This document shows positions 9,728-19,107 of a stretch of 64,000 nucleotides of DNA, one piece after another. Under the pieces are notes generated by a model, which was given only the letters and a program-made list of their open reading frames with translations, made no database searches and was not told the origin of the DNA. Both the position numbers and the translations under genes were made by a program. The stretch comes from Candidatus Poribacteria bacterium. Its GTDB lineage: Bacteria; Poribacteria; WGA-4E; WGA-3G. Every line of letters begins with the position of its first letter. The first letter of the stretch is position 1. The stretch spans positions 5,536,001 through 5,600,000 of the forward strand of contig OZ251518.1 in NCBI GenBank assembly GCA_965242965.1, read 5' to 3'.

Positions 9728-10804
9728 CTATGTCACCGTCCACGTTTCACCGGCGTTCAGCAACGCCTCCAGATCGCCCTCACCCGCGCGCTTTTTTGCG
9801 AACGCTATCTGGTCCGTCATCAGTGCTTCATAGCACGGATGCGTGACGCTGCGGAAAATGCCAATAGGGTGCGGCATATCCGGCGTATCGCTCATCCGCG
9901 ACAGAAAATTCGCCTCGGTAGTGTCTTCCGCATATCTGTCGTGAACGATGAGATCTTCGGTGGTATATTCCCCGTTCGTGATGTCCACGACTTCGGGTTG
10001 GAACCCGTTCAACCGAATCCCTTTATCGCGTTCCCTGCCGAAGACGAGCGGTTCCCCGTGCTCAAGGAAGACGGTGTTTTCAGCCTTCGTATCTTTTTCC
10101 GTGTAGGCAAAAAAGGTTTTGTCGTTGAACACGTTGCAGTTTTGGTAGATTTCGATGAAGGAGGTGCCTTGGTGCTCAAATGCGTGCTTGATTACCGTGC
10201 GCAAATGGTCCGGATCCCGGTCCAACGAGCGCGCCACGAACGTCGCACCTGATGCCAGCGCGAGGCTGATAGGATTGAACGGCGTGTCCAGCGAACCGAG
10301 CGGCGTGGACTTTGTCATCTTTCCCTGCTCCGAGGTAGGCGAGTATTGCCCCTTCGTGAGGCCATAGATGCGGTTGTTAAAGAGCAACACGTTGATGTCA
10401 AAGTTGCGGCGCATCAGATGGATGAAATGGTTGCCACCGATTGAGAGCGCGTCGCCATCACCCGTGACTACCCAGACGGAAAGCTCTGGGTTGGCGATTT
10501 TCACACCCGAGGCGATAGTCGGTGCCCTCCCGTGAATCGTATGAAACCCGTAGGTGTTCATGTAATAAGGAAACCGGCTGGAGCAACCAATTCCGGAAAT
10601 AAAGACGATATTCTCGCGAGGGATGCCCAACTCCGGCATGATGCGCTGCGTCTGCGCGAGAATGGAGTAATCGCCACAGCCAGGGCACCAACGCACATCC
10701 TGGTCGGATTCAAAATCCTTTCTGGCGAGGGTAGGAGCGGCACCGGGAATTCGGGATTCCCGCGCTTTTCTGTCGGTTTTGCTTTGGAGTCTCTTCTTTT
10801 TCAT
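9728..10804 (-). CDS. korB: 2-oxoacid:ferredoxin oxidoreductase beta subunit
   Basis: WCPGCGD, SGIGCSSR, GDGD TPP motif, YGLTKGQYSPT. Confidence 0.93.
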   Translation of the reverse strand: MKKKRLQSKTDRKARESRIPGAAPTLARKDFESDQDVRWCPGCGDYSILAQTQRIMPELGIPRENIVFISGIGCSSRFPYYMNTYGFHTIHGRAPTIASGVKIANPELSVWVVTGDGDALSIGGNHFIHLMRRNFDINVLLFNNRIYGLTKGQYSPTSEQGKMTKSTPLGSLDTPFNPISLALASGATFVARSLDRDPDHLRTVIKHAFEHQGTSFIEIYQNCNVFNDKTFFAYTEKDTKAENTVFLEHGEPLVFGRERDKGIRLNGFQPEVVDITNGEYTTEDLIVHDRYAEDTTEANFLSRMSDTPDMPHPIGIFRSVTHPCYEALMTDQIAFAKKRAGEGDLEALLNAGETWTVT

Positions 10805-10858
10805 CGGTTTGCCTTGTGTCAAGACGAATCTTCTGTCTTCGCCCGATGGGATTATTGG

Positions 10859-12703
10859 CTACAAAAGTTCGTTGATTTTCGCTTCCACCTCGGAGACGTG
10901 GAACGGTTGGCCTTGCACTTTATTGAGGCCTAACGCATTGATAAAATAGGTGCTACGGATGAGTTGACGGAGTTGTCCGGTGTTCAACTCAGGGATTAGA
11001 ACCTTTTTGAACCGCGTGAGAATCTCACCTAAATCGCTCGGAAACGGGTTGAGGTGGCGGATGTGGACATGTGCAACATCGGAAACGCCAGCTGCGAGAC
11101 AATTTTCAACGGCGGTGCGGATAGGCCCGTATGTGCTACCCCAGCCAAGGAGGAGCAGCGCGCCTTCTTCCGCGCCGAATACCTCAGTCGGTGGGATATC
11201 CTGCGTAACGCGCGCGACTTTCTCCGCGCGAAGATGCACCATCTTTTCGTGGTTCTCCGCGTCGTAACTGACATTTCCCGTGACATCCGATTTCTCAAGC
11301 CCGCCAATGCGGTGTTCCAATCCCGGTGTGCCCGGCTTCGCCCACGGACGTGCTAGCGTCTCTGCTTCCCGCAGATACGGTTCAAACGCATCGCCATTGA
11401 GAGAGAACCCATTCGCAAAGTTCGGTTCAATAGGAGGCAGCTCTGCGAGTTTCGGGATTTTCCACGGCTCCGCGCCCATCGCAACGTAAAGGTCAGAGAG
11501 GAAAATGACCGGGGTACGGTATTTCACGGCGATACGGCACGCTTCATAAACGGTATCAAAACAGTCGTAAGGACGCGTCGGCGCGACGATAGGCACAGGT
11601 GACTCGCCGTTGCGCCCATAAAGCATTTGCAACAGATCCGACTGCTCTGTCTTCGTCGGCATGCCGGTGGAAGGACCGGCACGTTGGATGTTGCATATCA
11701 CGAGTGGAAGTTCCGCAATCATCGCGAGGTTAATCGCCTCCGATTTAAGCGCGAGCCCAGGCCCGCTACTGCCGGTGACACCGAGGGCACCGCCGAAGGA
11801 GGCACCAATCGCCACGCCGACCGCGGCGATTTCGTCCTCCATCTGCATCGTCACTACACCGAAATTCCGATACTGCGCAAGCCCGTGGAGAATGTCACTC
11901 GCAGGGGTTATCGGATAACTGCCGTAAACCAGCGGTAATCCGGCTTGACGCGACGCGGCGATGAGCCCGAGGACTGTCGCCATGTTGCCCTCAATGTTCC
12001 GATAGGTGCCGGGCGAGAATTCGGCGGCTTTCACATTGTAAGAGGTAGCAAACTGCTCGGTTGCCTCACAGTAGGTATTCCCTGCCCGGAGCGCGAGGAT
12101 GTTTGGCACGACAAACTCGGGTCTTTTCCTCCCAAGCGTCTTCTTAATCCAATTCATGGCGTAATCCATCGGGCGGTTATAGAGCCACAGAATCATGCCG
12201 AGCGCAAAGAAGTTCCGACACAGGTCGATCTGCCGTGTAGTCAGGTCGGTATCTTCCAATGTTTGCCGAGTGAGGCGTGTCAGTGCAACGGGGAAGACCT
12301 GGTATTTTGTGAGCGAGTCATCTTCCAGCGGGTTCTGCTCATACCCGGCGAGGCGCAGGTTCCGGCGCGCGAAATTATCCGAGTTGACAATCAGGATGCC
12401 GTTCGGGCGCAATTTTTGAAGATGCACCTTGAGGGCGGCAGGGTTCATCGCTACCAACACATCGCAAAGATCACCGGGTGTATGGATTTGTTCGCTTGAG
12501 AAGTGAAGTTGGAACCCGGATACCCCTGCTAATGAACCAGCAGGTGCACGAATCTCCGCGGGGTAATCCGGTAACGTAGCGACATCGTTCCCGACGAGCG
12601 CGGTTGTCTCAGTCATTTGGGCCCCAATTGTCTGCGAACCGTCGCCGGAGTCACCCGCGAACAGGATAGTCGCCTCCTCAATTTCCGTTATTGGCTTGCG
12701 CAT
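10859..12703 (-). CDS. korA: 2-oxoacid:ferredoxin oxidoreductase alpha subunit
   Basis: AGDSGDG, YPITPAS, EDEIAA, QRAGPSTGMPTK; alternative GTG start at 12730. Confidence 0.93.
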   Translation of the reverse strand: MRKPITEIEEATILFAGDSGDGSQTIGAQMTETTALVGNDVATLPDYPAEIRAPAGSLAGVSGFQLHFSSEQIHTPGDLCDVLVAMNPAALKVHLQKLRPNGILIVNSDNFARRNLRLAGYEQNPLEDDSLTKYQVFPVALTRLTRQTLEDTDLTTRQIDLCRNFFALGMILWLYNRPMDYAMNWIKKTLGRKRPEFVVPNILALRAGNTYCEATEQFATSYNVKAAEFSPGTYRNIEGNMATVLGLIAASRQAGLPLVYGSYPITPASDILHGLAQYRNFGVVTMQMEDEIAAVGVAIGASFGGALGVTGSSGPGLALKSEAINLAMIAELPLVICNIQRAGPSTGMPTKTEQSDLLQMLYGRNGESPVPIVAPTRPYDCFDTVYEACRIAVKYRTPVIFLSDLYVAMGAEPWKIPKLAELPPIEPNFANGFSLNGDAFEPYLREAETLARPWAKPGTPGLEHRIGGLEKSDVTGNVSYDAENHEKMVHLRAEKVARVTQDIPPTEVFGAEEGALLLLGWGSTYGPIRTAVENCLAAGVSDVAHVHIRHLNPFPSDLGEILTRFKKVLIPELNTGQLRQLIRSTYFINALGLNKVQGQPFHVSEVEAKINELL

Positions 12704-12731
12704 CACAATCGCTTCCTCTTGATTTTTCACG

Positions 12732-13268
12732 TTATGCCCCCTCCCGTGCTTTCATCGCGTCGCGAATGGGCCTCGGCGGTAACGTTAGCACTTCTTGCGG
12801 AAATTCGTCCACGAGATGTGAGATAACGTCCCGAATCGATACCATGCCGATGGGTTCGTTTTGTTCGTTCACAATCGGGAGGTGCCGGTAGCCGCCGTGC
12901 GCCATATAGAGGATTGCGGTATCCAGCGTATCCTCTGGTTGTGCGGTTTGCGGGGCGGCACTCATGAACTGCTTGATACCGAGGGTATCCAGGTCTCCCA
13001 CCGTTCTATTGAGAATTTTGCGTAGCACATCGCGCTCACTGAAGATGCCGCGGAGCCGGTTTTCGTCGTCAACGACCGGGGCTGCGCCGACATGGTGCTC
13101 TATTAGCAGCTCTATTGCTGTTTGCGCGCTGCTGCTGATGTGAATCATGACGACAGGGCGCATCAGCGAGCGGAGGGGGAGCTGGATTTCATGTGCATTC
13201 CATGCTCGCAACGCCGCGCTAGATTCCATCTGGTCCAATTCTTCGTCAATAGCCAGGTCATACAGCAT
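12732..13268 (-). CDS. CBS-domain protein
   Basis: GAAPVVD..GIFSERD and YRHLPIV..GMVSIRD CBS pair. Confidence 0.88.
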   Translation of the reverse strand: MLYDLAIDEELDQMESSAALRAWNAHEIQLPLRSLMRPVVMIHISSSAQTAIELLIEHHVGAAPVVDDENRLRGIFSERDVLRKILNRTVGDLDTLGIKQFMSAAPQTAQPEDTLDTAILYMAHGGYRHLPIVNEQNEPIGMVSIRDVISHLVDEFPQEVLTLPPRPIRDAMKAREGA

Positions 13269-13270
13269 GG

Positions 13271-13708
13271 TTATGCCTCCTTGTCCTGATGCGCTAAGAA
13301 TGTTGCGGCGTGCTGCAAAATGTCGTGTGTTGAGATAACACCGACAGGGTAGGCAGCCCCCTCGTCAGCCCACACGCAGAGCGGCAAGTGCCGGAAGTGA
13401 CCGAGGTGCATCAGGTTCAGGGCGAACGCAATCGGGTCGCTCGCGCGCAACGCCTCCGGTTTCGGTGTCATCACCTCTTCGACCTGGGTATCCCCGGGTG
13501 ACAACCGCCTCCCGCTTACGTGAACGAGCAGGTCGCGCTCGGTAATAATGCCGGCCAGCCGTTGTTCCTCGTCCACGACGAGAACACACCCAAACCCACC
13601 TTCCTGCATCACATTGATAACCTCGGAGACAGGACTGCCAACTTGCACGGTGATAGGTTGATTATAGTTGAGAGTGCTAATCGGTAGAGACAGCGTTCTC
13701 GCGTCCAT
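13271..13708 (-). CDS. CBS-domain protein
   Basis: GCVLVVD..GIITERD, VMTP.P, FRHLP. Confidence 0.88.
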   Translation of the reverse strand: MDARTLSLPISTLNYNQPITVQVGSPVSEVINVMQEGGFGCVLVVDEEQRLAGIITERDLLVHVSGRRLSPGDTQVEEVMTPKPEALRASDPIAFALNLMHLGHFRHLPLCVWADEGAAYPVGVISTHDILQHAATFLAHQDKEA

Positions 13709-13767
13709 TTCTGGTCTCCTCTAAAAAAACAACGTCTAAAGACGGGAGTTAGTTTCTTAATTATTAT

Positions 13768-13796
13768 AGTATACCACATTTTTGGCGCGTTTGCAA
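13768..13796 (-). promoter_or_regulatory. sigma70-type promoter for the CBS-CBS-korAB operon
   Basis: TTGCAA-N17-TATACT with extended -10 TG. Confidence 0.7.
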
Positions 13797-13864
13797 GAAA
13801 AAATTCATTTTTTCGGAGAACGGATGCAAAATGCGCGCGCTTACCCTCGCGGTGGACGCGGTTT

Positions 13865-14815
13865 TCAATCGCGCACCGCGAGAGTCACCGCACGGGATGT
13901 CGGTGAGCCCCAGCCCGGCACGGCAATAGTCCATCGTCCAGCGGGCCCGCCGGCTACCATCAGCATCAGTTCTTCCGCACGATACCGTTGCTGCGTCTTT
14001 TCGGCGATATAGTGCCGCACGTCCGCTTTGCTAAATCCATCGCTATTTATCGTCTTCGCGTGCTCAACGCCGATGACGAGCAATGTTTCGCCGCCGCTAT
14101 TGCCGGGCGCGGACAGGTTAGCACAGATAGTGTCCAGAATGCCAGAGGCCGTGTTGTTCCCGTGGTCATTGATACTTTGGGGCGCGGCACTAGCGAAGAC
14201 AGTTATGGTGCTGTCATCCGCTTGAAAACCGCGTTCAACATGCAGCGGTTGCCATGGGCTTTCTTCCTCTTTTTCGGCGATGCAGCAGGTGTATTTGCCG
14301 GCGTGTCCGAAAGCGGCGCGGTCGAGTTCACCGGGCAGCGCGCCGCCGATGTTGGTGCAGACGAGCCGCACGGCGCGGCCGATTGTCGCGTTCGCGCGCC
14401 AGCCTTGGCCGAAGAGATTAAACCCATCGTTGATGTCTAAATGCTTTCGGATGGGGCCGTTCACAACCAGCATCGGTGCTACGTGTGAAGTCGTTACCTG
14501 CACGCCGTGGAGGTTAAACTCTGCCGCTGTCATCGCCTCCACCGCGGTTAGCACGGCTGGCAGATAGGCAGGCGTGCAACCTGCCATGACAGCGTTAATT
14601 GCGATTTTTTCTACGGTGGCGCGTCCCCATTTCGGTGGGACCGGCGCGATGAGTTCGTCCGGATTGCGGTTGGTGCCGCTGAGCATCCGTTCGACGCGTT
14701 CGGGTGTCGGCGGGACGACAGGGAGTCCATCTGTCCAACCGTGCTGATAGCAAATTTCACCCGGGTCATCGGTTTCGGCAAGTGCTATGTGTGTTGATGA
14801 AAATTGGTGTGCCAT
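13865..14815 (-). CDS. Conserved hypothetical protein (GWTDGLPVVPPT family)
   Basis: GWTDGLPVVPPTPERV, TVEKIAINAVMAGC, RANATIGRA, PLHVERGF motifs; function not assigned. Confidence 0.75.
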   Translation of the reverse strand: MAHQFSSTHIALAETDDPGEICYQHGWTDGLPVVPPTPERVERMLSGTNRNPDELIAPVPPKWGRATVEKIAINAVMAGCTPAYLPAVLTAVEAMTAAEFNLHGVQVTTSHVAPMLVVNGPIRKHLDINDGFNLFGQGWRANATIGRAVRLVCTNIGGALPGELDRAAFGHAGKYTCCIAEKEEESPWQPLHVERGFQADDSTITVFASAAPQSINDHGNNTASGILDTICANLSAPGNSGGETLLVIGVEHAKTINSDGFSKADVRHYIAEKTQQRYRAEELMLMVAGGPAGRWTIAVPGWGSPTSRAVTLAVRD

Positions 14816-14912
14816 GCGCGTTGCCCTCATTCCAATTGATATGTCTGCGAAAATATGTTATCATATTAACACATATTGTTTACGTTGGCAAGATACAATT
14901 TTAGGGACATCT

Positions 14913-15869
14913 ATGGCATCAGTTACATTTCAAGGCGTTCTTTCTGCAAGGCGCGTTATCGCGCAGTTTTTACAACCGACACCCCTGATTCACTACCCCG
15001 AATTATCCGAGCGGCTCGGTTTTCACGCTTATGTGAAACACGAGAACCACCTGCCGACTGGCTGTTTTAAGGTGCGTGGCGGCTTGAATTTCATGCATCA
15101 TTTTAATGGCGAGGTGCGCGGTGTCGTCACGGCAACGCGCGGGAATCACGGGCAATCCATCGCGTATGCGGCGCGAAATTTCGGGGTTAAGGCGACAGTC
15201 GTCGTGCCGCACGGGAACAACCCGGAGAAAAACAGCGCGATGCGCGCTTATGGCGCAGAACTCATCGAACACGGCGTTGATTTTGACGAGGCGCGCGAAT
15301 TATGCGAGACGCTTCAAGCGGAACGGGGACTCTATTACGTCCATCCGTGCCTAGAACCCGCACTCTTCCACGGGGTTGGGACTTATTCACTGGAAATCTT
15401 TGAGCATCTCCCGAATGTTGATACTATCATCGTGCCTATCGGCGGCGGCAGCGGTGCTTGCGGTGCAATCACCGTCGCAAACGCGATAAATCCGGAGGTT
15501 CAAGTAATCGGCGTGCAGGCAGAAAACGCACCCGCTATCTATCTCTCGTGGAAGGAAGGGCGGCCCGTGGAAACCGAGTCTTCTGAAACGATGGCGGACG
15601 GACTTGCGACGCGCGTGCCGTTTGCGCTGCCGTTTTCTATCCTCAAAGATGGTATTGACGACATCGTCTTGCTTAGCGAGGCAGAGCTGCGTGAGGGCAT
15701 CCGTTTGGCGTTGCGATACACGCATAACTTGGCAGAAGGTGCCGGCGCGTCGCCGATTGCGGCCGCCCATAAATTAACCGAGCGGCTCGCAGGAAAACAC
15801 GTTGTCATGGTGATGAGCGGCGGCAATGTAGATACCGAGACGCTCAAATCAGTGCTAGTTGATGCCTAA
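14913..15869 (+). CDS. PLP-dependent threonine/serine dehydratase
   Basis: KHENHLPTGCFKVRG, TRGNHG, PIGGGSG, SGGN. Confidence 0.88.
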   Translation: MASVTFQGVLSARRVIAQFLQPTPLIHYPELSERLGFHAYVKHENHLPTGCFKVRGGLNFMHHFNGEVRGVVTATRGNHGQSIAYAARNFGVKATVVVPHGNNPEKNSAMRAYGAELIEHGVDFDEARELCETLQAERGLYYVHPCLEPALFHGVGTYSLEIFEHLPNVDTIIVPIGGGSGACGAITVANAINPEVQVIGVQAENAPAIYLSWKEGRPVETESSETMADGLATRVPFALPFSILKDGIDDIVLLSEAELREGIRLALRYTHNLAEGAGASPIAAAHKLTERLAGKHVVMVMSGGNVDTETLKSVLVDA

Positions 15870-16149
15870 CGTTCCCGTAGCGCGAGGGCCTGTCCCTCGC
15901 GATCGAACCGCTCAGATTGGTGCTAGTTGATACCTAACGTTCCCGTAGGGCGAGGGCCTGTCCCTCGCGAATGTGGATACCGAGACGCTCAAATCGGTGC
16001 TAGTTGATGCCTAAAGTTCCCGTAGGGCGAGGGCCTGTCCCTCGCGATCGAATCGCTCAGATTGGTGCTAGTTGATGCCTAAAGTTCCCGTAGGGAGGGC
16101 CTGTCCCTCGCGATCGAACCGCTCAAATCGGTGCTAGTTGATACCTAAT
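15825..16149 (+). repeat. Tandem array of dehydratase gene tail plus REP (5 tail copies)
   Basis: GTGCTAGTTGAT(G/A)CCTAA at 15852, 15920, 15997, 16065, 16131, separated by family A REPs. Confidence 0.9.
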
Positions 16150-16150
16150 C

Positions 16151-16888
16151 CTACCAATTGTGGATGACGTAGACCGGTGAAGAGCCCGCCTTCAATCGGA
16201 GGCTTGCGCATGCCGCGTCTGCCACAAATTCGTTGCGGAGCGCGTTCGTTAAATCCGGGTCGATCTTCAGCGAAGTCAACTCCCACCGCAGGTTTTGGCT
16301 CTCCACTACGATGACGTTCCGTTCTTCTGCGATGAGAGAGACGCGTTGCACACCGCTGTTCTTTCGGGCTAACTGCAATTCGGAGACGACGTAGTGGATA
16401 GTCTGGCGTGCGTCGCGCATTTCCGCTTGATATTCTTTTCCACCGGTAGACGCGCTTTGGGAGTGATGATAATGTCCAAACCGCATCAATTTCAGATTTC
16501 CCAAAAACTGATCTGTTTCGTATGCTTCGGGCTGCGGCAAGCCGCCGTAAATAATCAGATGCCGACAGCCGTAGTGTTCTAGCGCGTAAAGGATAGCGAG
16601 TTGTCCATCAGTCCAATCTTTGTCGGTTTGTCCTATCCATTTCTGAACAATATGTTTAGCAATCTTCGTCTCTGACTCTGCCACCGAATCCAGATCACCG
16701 ATGAGGACATCCGGACGGTAGAGTGGCTTTTCATTCGCATTCCCGCCGAATTGGTGAAATATGCGCATGCCGCCATCAGCACAGAGGAGTGGAGAGCCTT
16801 GTGCAATGCCAGACTCAATTTCTTGCCGATAAAAATCGAGATGGCGCGCGTCGTAATAGCCGTTGAGAAAGATGAGAGCGGATTTCAT
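16151..16888 (-). CDS. Thiamine pyrophosphokinase-like protein
   Basis: IFLNG, CADGG, IGDLDS, DKDWTDGQLA motifs. Confidence 0.7.
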   Translation of the reverse strand: MKSALIFLNGYYDARHLDFYRQEIESGIAQGSPLLCADGGMRIFHQFGGNANEKPLYRPDVLIGDLDSVAESETKIAKHIVQKWIGQTDKDWTDGQLAILYALEHYGCRHLIIYGGLPQPEAYETDQFLGNLKLMRFGHYHHSQSASTGGKEYQAEMRDARQTIHYVVSELQLARKNSGVQRVSLIAEERNVIVVESQNLRWELTSLKIDPDLTNALRNEFVADAACASLRLKAGSSPVYVIHNW

Positions 16889-17009
16889 ATTTACGTGTTG
16901 GAAACGTAGTTCGTATTGAGTCGAGAACGTTCGCGAGAGACAGGCCCTCGCGCTACGGTAGTGCCAGTAGGAGAGACCTCCCGGTCTCGATTTTGGACAG
17001 GCCCTCGCG

Positions 17010-18176
17010 CTACGGGAGGGTAAGGTTATAGGACAGAATCAACCGCGCGGGATGATAGGAACGTTTGACGCGCTTCAGATTTGCTAATCCAGAATCTCCC
17101 ATCGCGTTCAGCCACCGGTAAGCGTTAGCGAGTTCCCGTGCAAATTCACGATAGATAAATTGCGCGAGCCCCTTGATTGCCAAATCGGCGACTTCAAACA
17201 AGATACAGAACGTGTCGGCATTGAGAGGATACCCGAAAGTCCAGCCGCGGATATGCCCATTTATTTTGACAACTCTGCCGATGAGCCCTAATGCATCGGC
17301 ATGTGCTAACCCGATTCGGTGCGCGCATCGGGAGTCCTCAAGCATGGCGCGGTAAATGGCATCACTGCATTTCGCCACGCGCGATTCTTGCCACGTATCA
17401 TAGAGTGCTAGACATTCGGCGCGGTCAGCCGGGGAATATCGGCTCAGGTTCGCATTCGGATACCGTGCGACAAAAGCGTTGTAGGCGTGCCGCTTGCTCT
17501 TGTAACGATTGCCCTTTAACTGCGCGAGAGCCTGCGTTTCATAGAGGAATTCGGTCTCTTTCACGACAGCCGTATCGGGAGGATATGAAGGTCCTCTGCC
17601 TTCTAGATGTTGGCCTAGCAAAAAGGGCAGCATCTCCTGCGGCACATTTTCTATTCGGGCAATCTGCGGATTCCGATTTGCTTCCAGCATGAATTCATAC
17701 GCTTCGCGAATGACGCTCCGGTAAGAGCAAGCGCATCGCGACTGGGGAGTTGTTCCGGTTTGAGTCGTTTGAGTCACCGTAGGGCGGGGGCCTGTCCCCT
17801 GCCATGCCGTTCGATTAGTTTGCTCCCCCGTAGTGCGGGGGCCTGTCCCCCGCCATGCCGTTTGAGTCGTTTGAGTTACCGTAGTGCGGGGGCCTGTCCC
17901 CCGCCATGCCGTTTCTCCTCTGGTTCGAGACCAGGAGGTCTCTCCTACACATCGAGACCAGGAGGTCTCTCCTACCGGGGCAATCGGCATGAAATAGTCG
18001 TCGCCTTGCTTCGCAAACACGCAGAAATAGTCGTCTAACAAGTCCCAGTAAAAGTCAAAATGAGCTCCCCAAATATAGAGTGGTGCGAAGGCGTAATTGG
18101 ACAGCGAGATGTCCATCCGACGCGCATATTCGTCAAAAAGCGGTTTGTCCTTAAGGGTTAGCGGCCAAAGTTGCAT
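17010..18176 (-). CDS. DUF2156 (PG-lysyltransferase C-terminal/GNAT-like) protein with in-frame REP insert
   Basis: LSNYAFAPLYIW, FLY..LKGNRYKSKR, GL.NLKRVKRSYHP; insert of roughly 80 aa at about 17740-17977. Confidence 0.8.
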   Translation of the reverse strand: MQLWPLTLKDKPLFDEYARRMDISLSNYAFAPLYIWGAHFDFYWDLLDDYFCVFAKQGDDYFMPIAPVGETSWSRCVGETSWSRTRGETAWRGTGPRTTVTQTTQTAWRGTGPRTTGEQTNRTAWQGTGPRPTVTQTTQTGTTPQSRCACSYRSVIREAYEFMLEANRNPQIARIENVPQEMLPFLLGQHLEGRGPSYPPDTAVVKETEFLYETQALAQLKGNRYKSKRHAYNAFVARYPNANLSRYSPADRAECLALYDTWQESRVAKCSDAIYRAMLEDSRCAHRIGLAHADALGLIGRVVKINGHIRGWTFGYPLNADTFCILFEVADLAIKGLAQFIYREFARELANAYRWLNAMGDSGLANLKRVKRSYHPARLILSYNLTLP

Positions 18177-18715
18177 GGCTCTAGTTTATCGAACGAATGC
18201 ACGATTTTTACCGTGTCCTGATAGTCGCCGATAAGGCTCCAATTTTCTGCAATCTGCGCGAGAACTTCTTCAGAATCAACGTAGGCGATGACGTGACGGA
18301 TGTGCCGCTGAAATTCTTCGGTTTCCATCTCCACCTCCGCAAACGGACAGAGGATATCCACGCCAAGCACCACTTGACTTCTATCCTCGTTGAACATCAG
18401 CGCGAACGGATAAAGTTGGCAATCCAACGGACGGATTGGATAGATAGTGCAGTGACTCGTATCCTCATCGAAAAAGGGACAGATGTAACCAGTCAGCGTG
18501 TTTTCCAAACGCGATGCCTCCAAGACAATCTGCGCGCTTTTTCCATCCTCCTGCGGCTGAAACTGCACCCTATCTGCACCTTGCAATATCACGCGTTCGC
18601 GTTCCGCTTCAGTGAAAATGGGGGCGAGGGGGCTGTCTGCCTCTAAAAACCGACAGCACACATCGCACGAGAAGCAGACTTCGTTCGGGATGATCTGGTG
18701 GAGTTGCGTTTTCAT
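18158..18715 (-). CDS. YkgJ-family cysteine-cluster protein
   Basis: CFSCDVCC, CPFF, CTIYPIRPLDCQLYPF. Confidence 0.85.
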   Translation of the reverse strand: MKTQLHQIIPNEVCFSCDVCCRFLEADSPLAPIFTEAERERVILQGADRVQFQPQEDGKSAQIVLEASRLENTLTGYICPFFDEDTSHCTIYPIRPLDCQLYPFALMFNEDRSQVVLGVDILCPFAEVEMETEEFQRHIRHVIAYVDSEEVLAQIAENWSLIGDYQDTVKIVHSFDKLEPCNFGR

Positions 18716-19065
18716 CGAATTTGCAACGGGTCGAGGCCGAAACGATTCTTGCCGGTCGTGCCTTTGAAGAAGCCCAATTCAACGAAGGACCAAAAGATAC
18801 CGATAATTGGGACTAGGTTAATCAGAATCCACCACGCCGATTTGTCCCGGTCATGCCAGCGTTTGGCAGCCAACGCCAACTGCGCCCAGGCTATCACCAA
18901 CATAGTGAGAACATATTGCGGTCCATCAGAGAAGTCAGAATCAAGGGCTTTGGGGTCTACGATACCAACGATACCGTAGATAGCGACGATTAGCAGTTGC
19001 ATCAGCCAGAATGTTTTTCTGCTGATTCTGCCTTTAAACGAAAAACAGATTTGCACAAAACTCAT
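18712..19065 (-). CDS. DUF805 membrane protein
   Basis: FSFKGRISRKTFW, KRWHDRDKSAWW, G.NRFG.DP. Confidence 0.88.
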   Translation of the reverse strand: MSFVQICFSFKGRISRKTFWLMQLLIVAIYGIVGIVDPKALDSDFSDGPQYVLTMLVIAWAQLALAAKRWHDRDKSAWWILINLVPIIGIFWSFVELGFFKGTTGKNRFGLDPLQIR

Positions 19066-19107
19066 GCGAGTTTTCCTATAGTGTTAAGGGCGGCCAAGCC
19101 ACTCGGC

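Noticed and set aside
9357-9743. ILEILEIL-type ORFs and the N-terminal extension of the AAA ATPase
   Set aside because: Translation of family E 9-bp repeats
15850-16149. CRISPR-like periodic array
   Set aside because: The intervening sequences are REP copies rather than unique spacers, the repeat is the neighbouring gene's tail, and no cas genes are present
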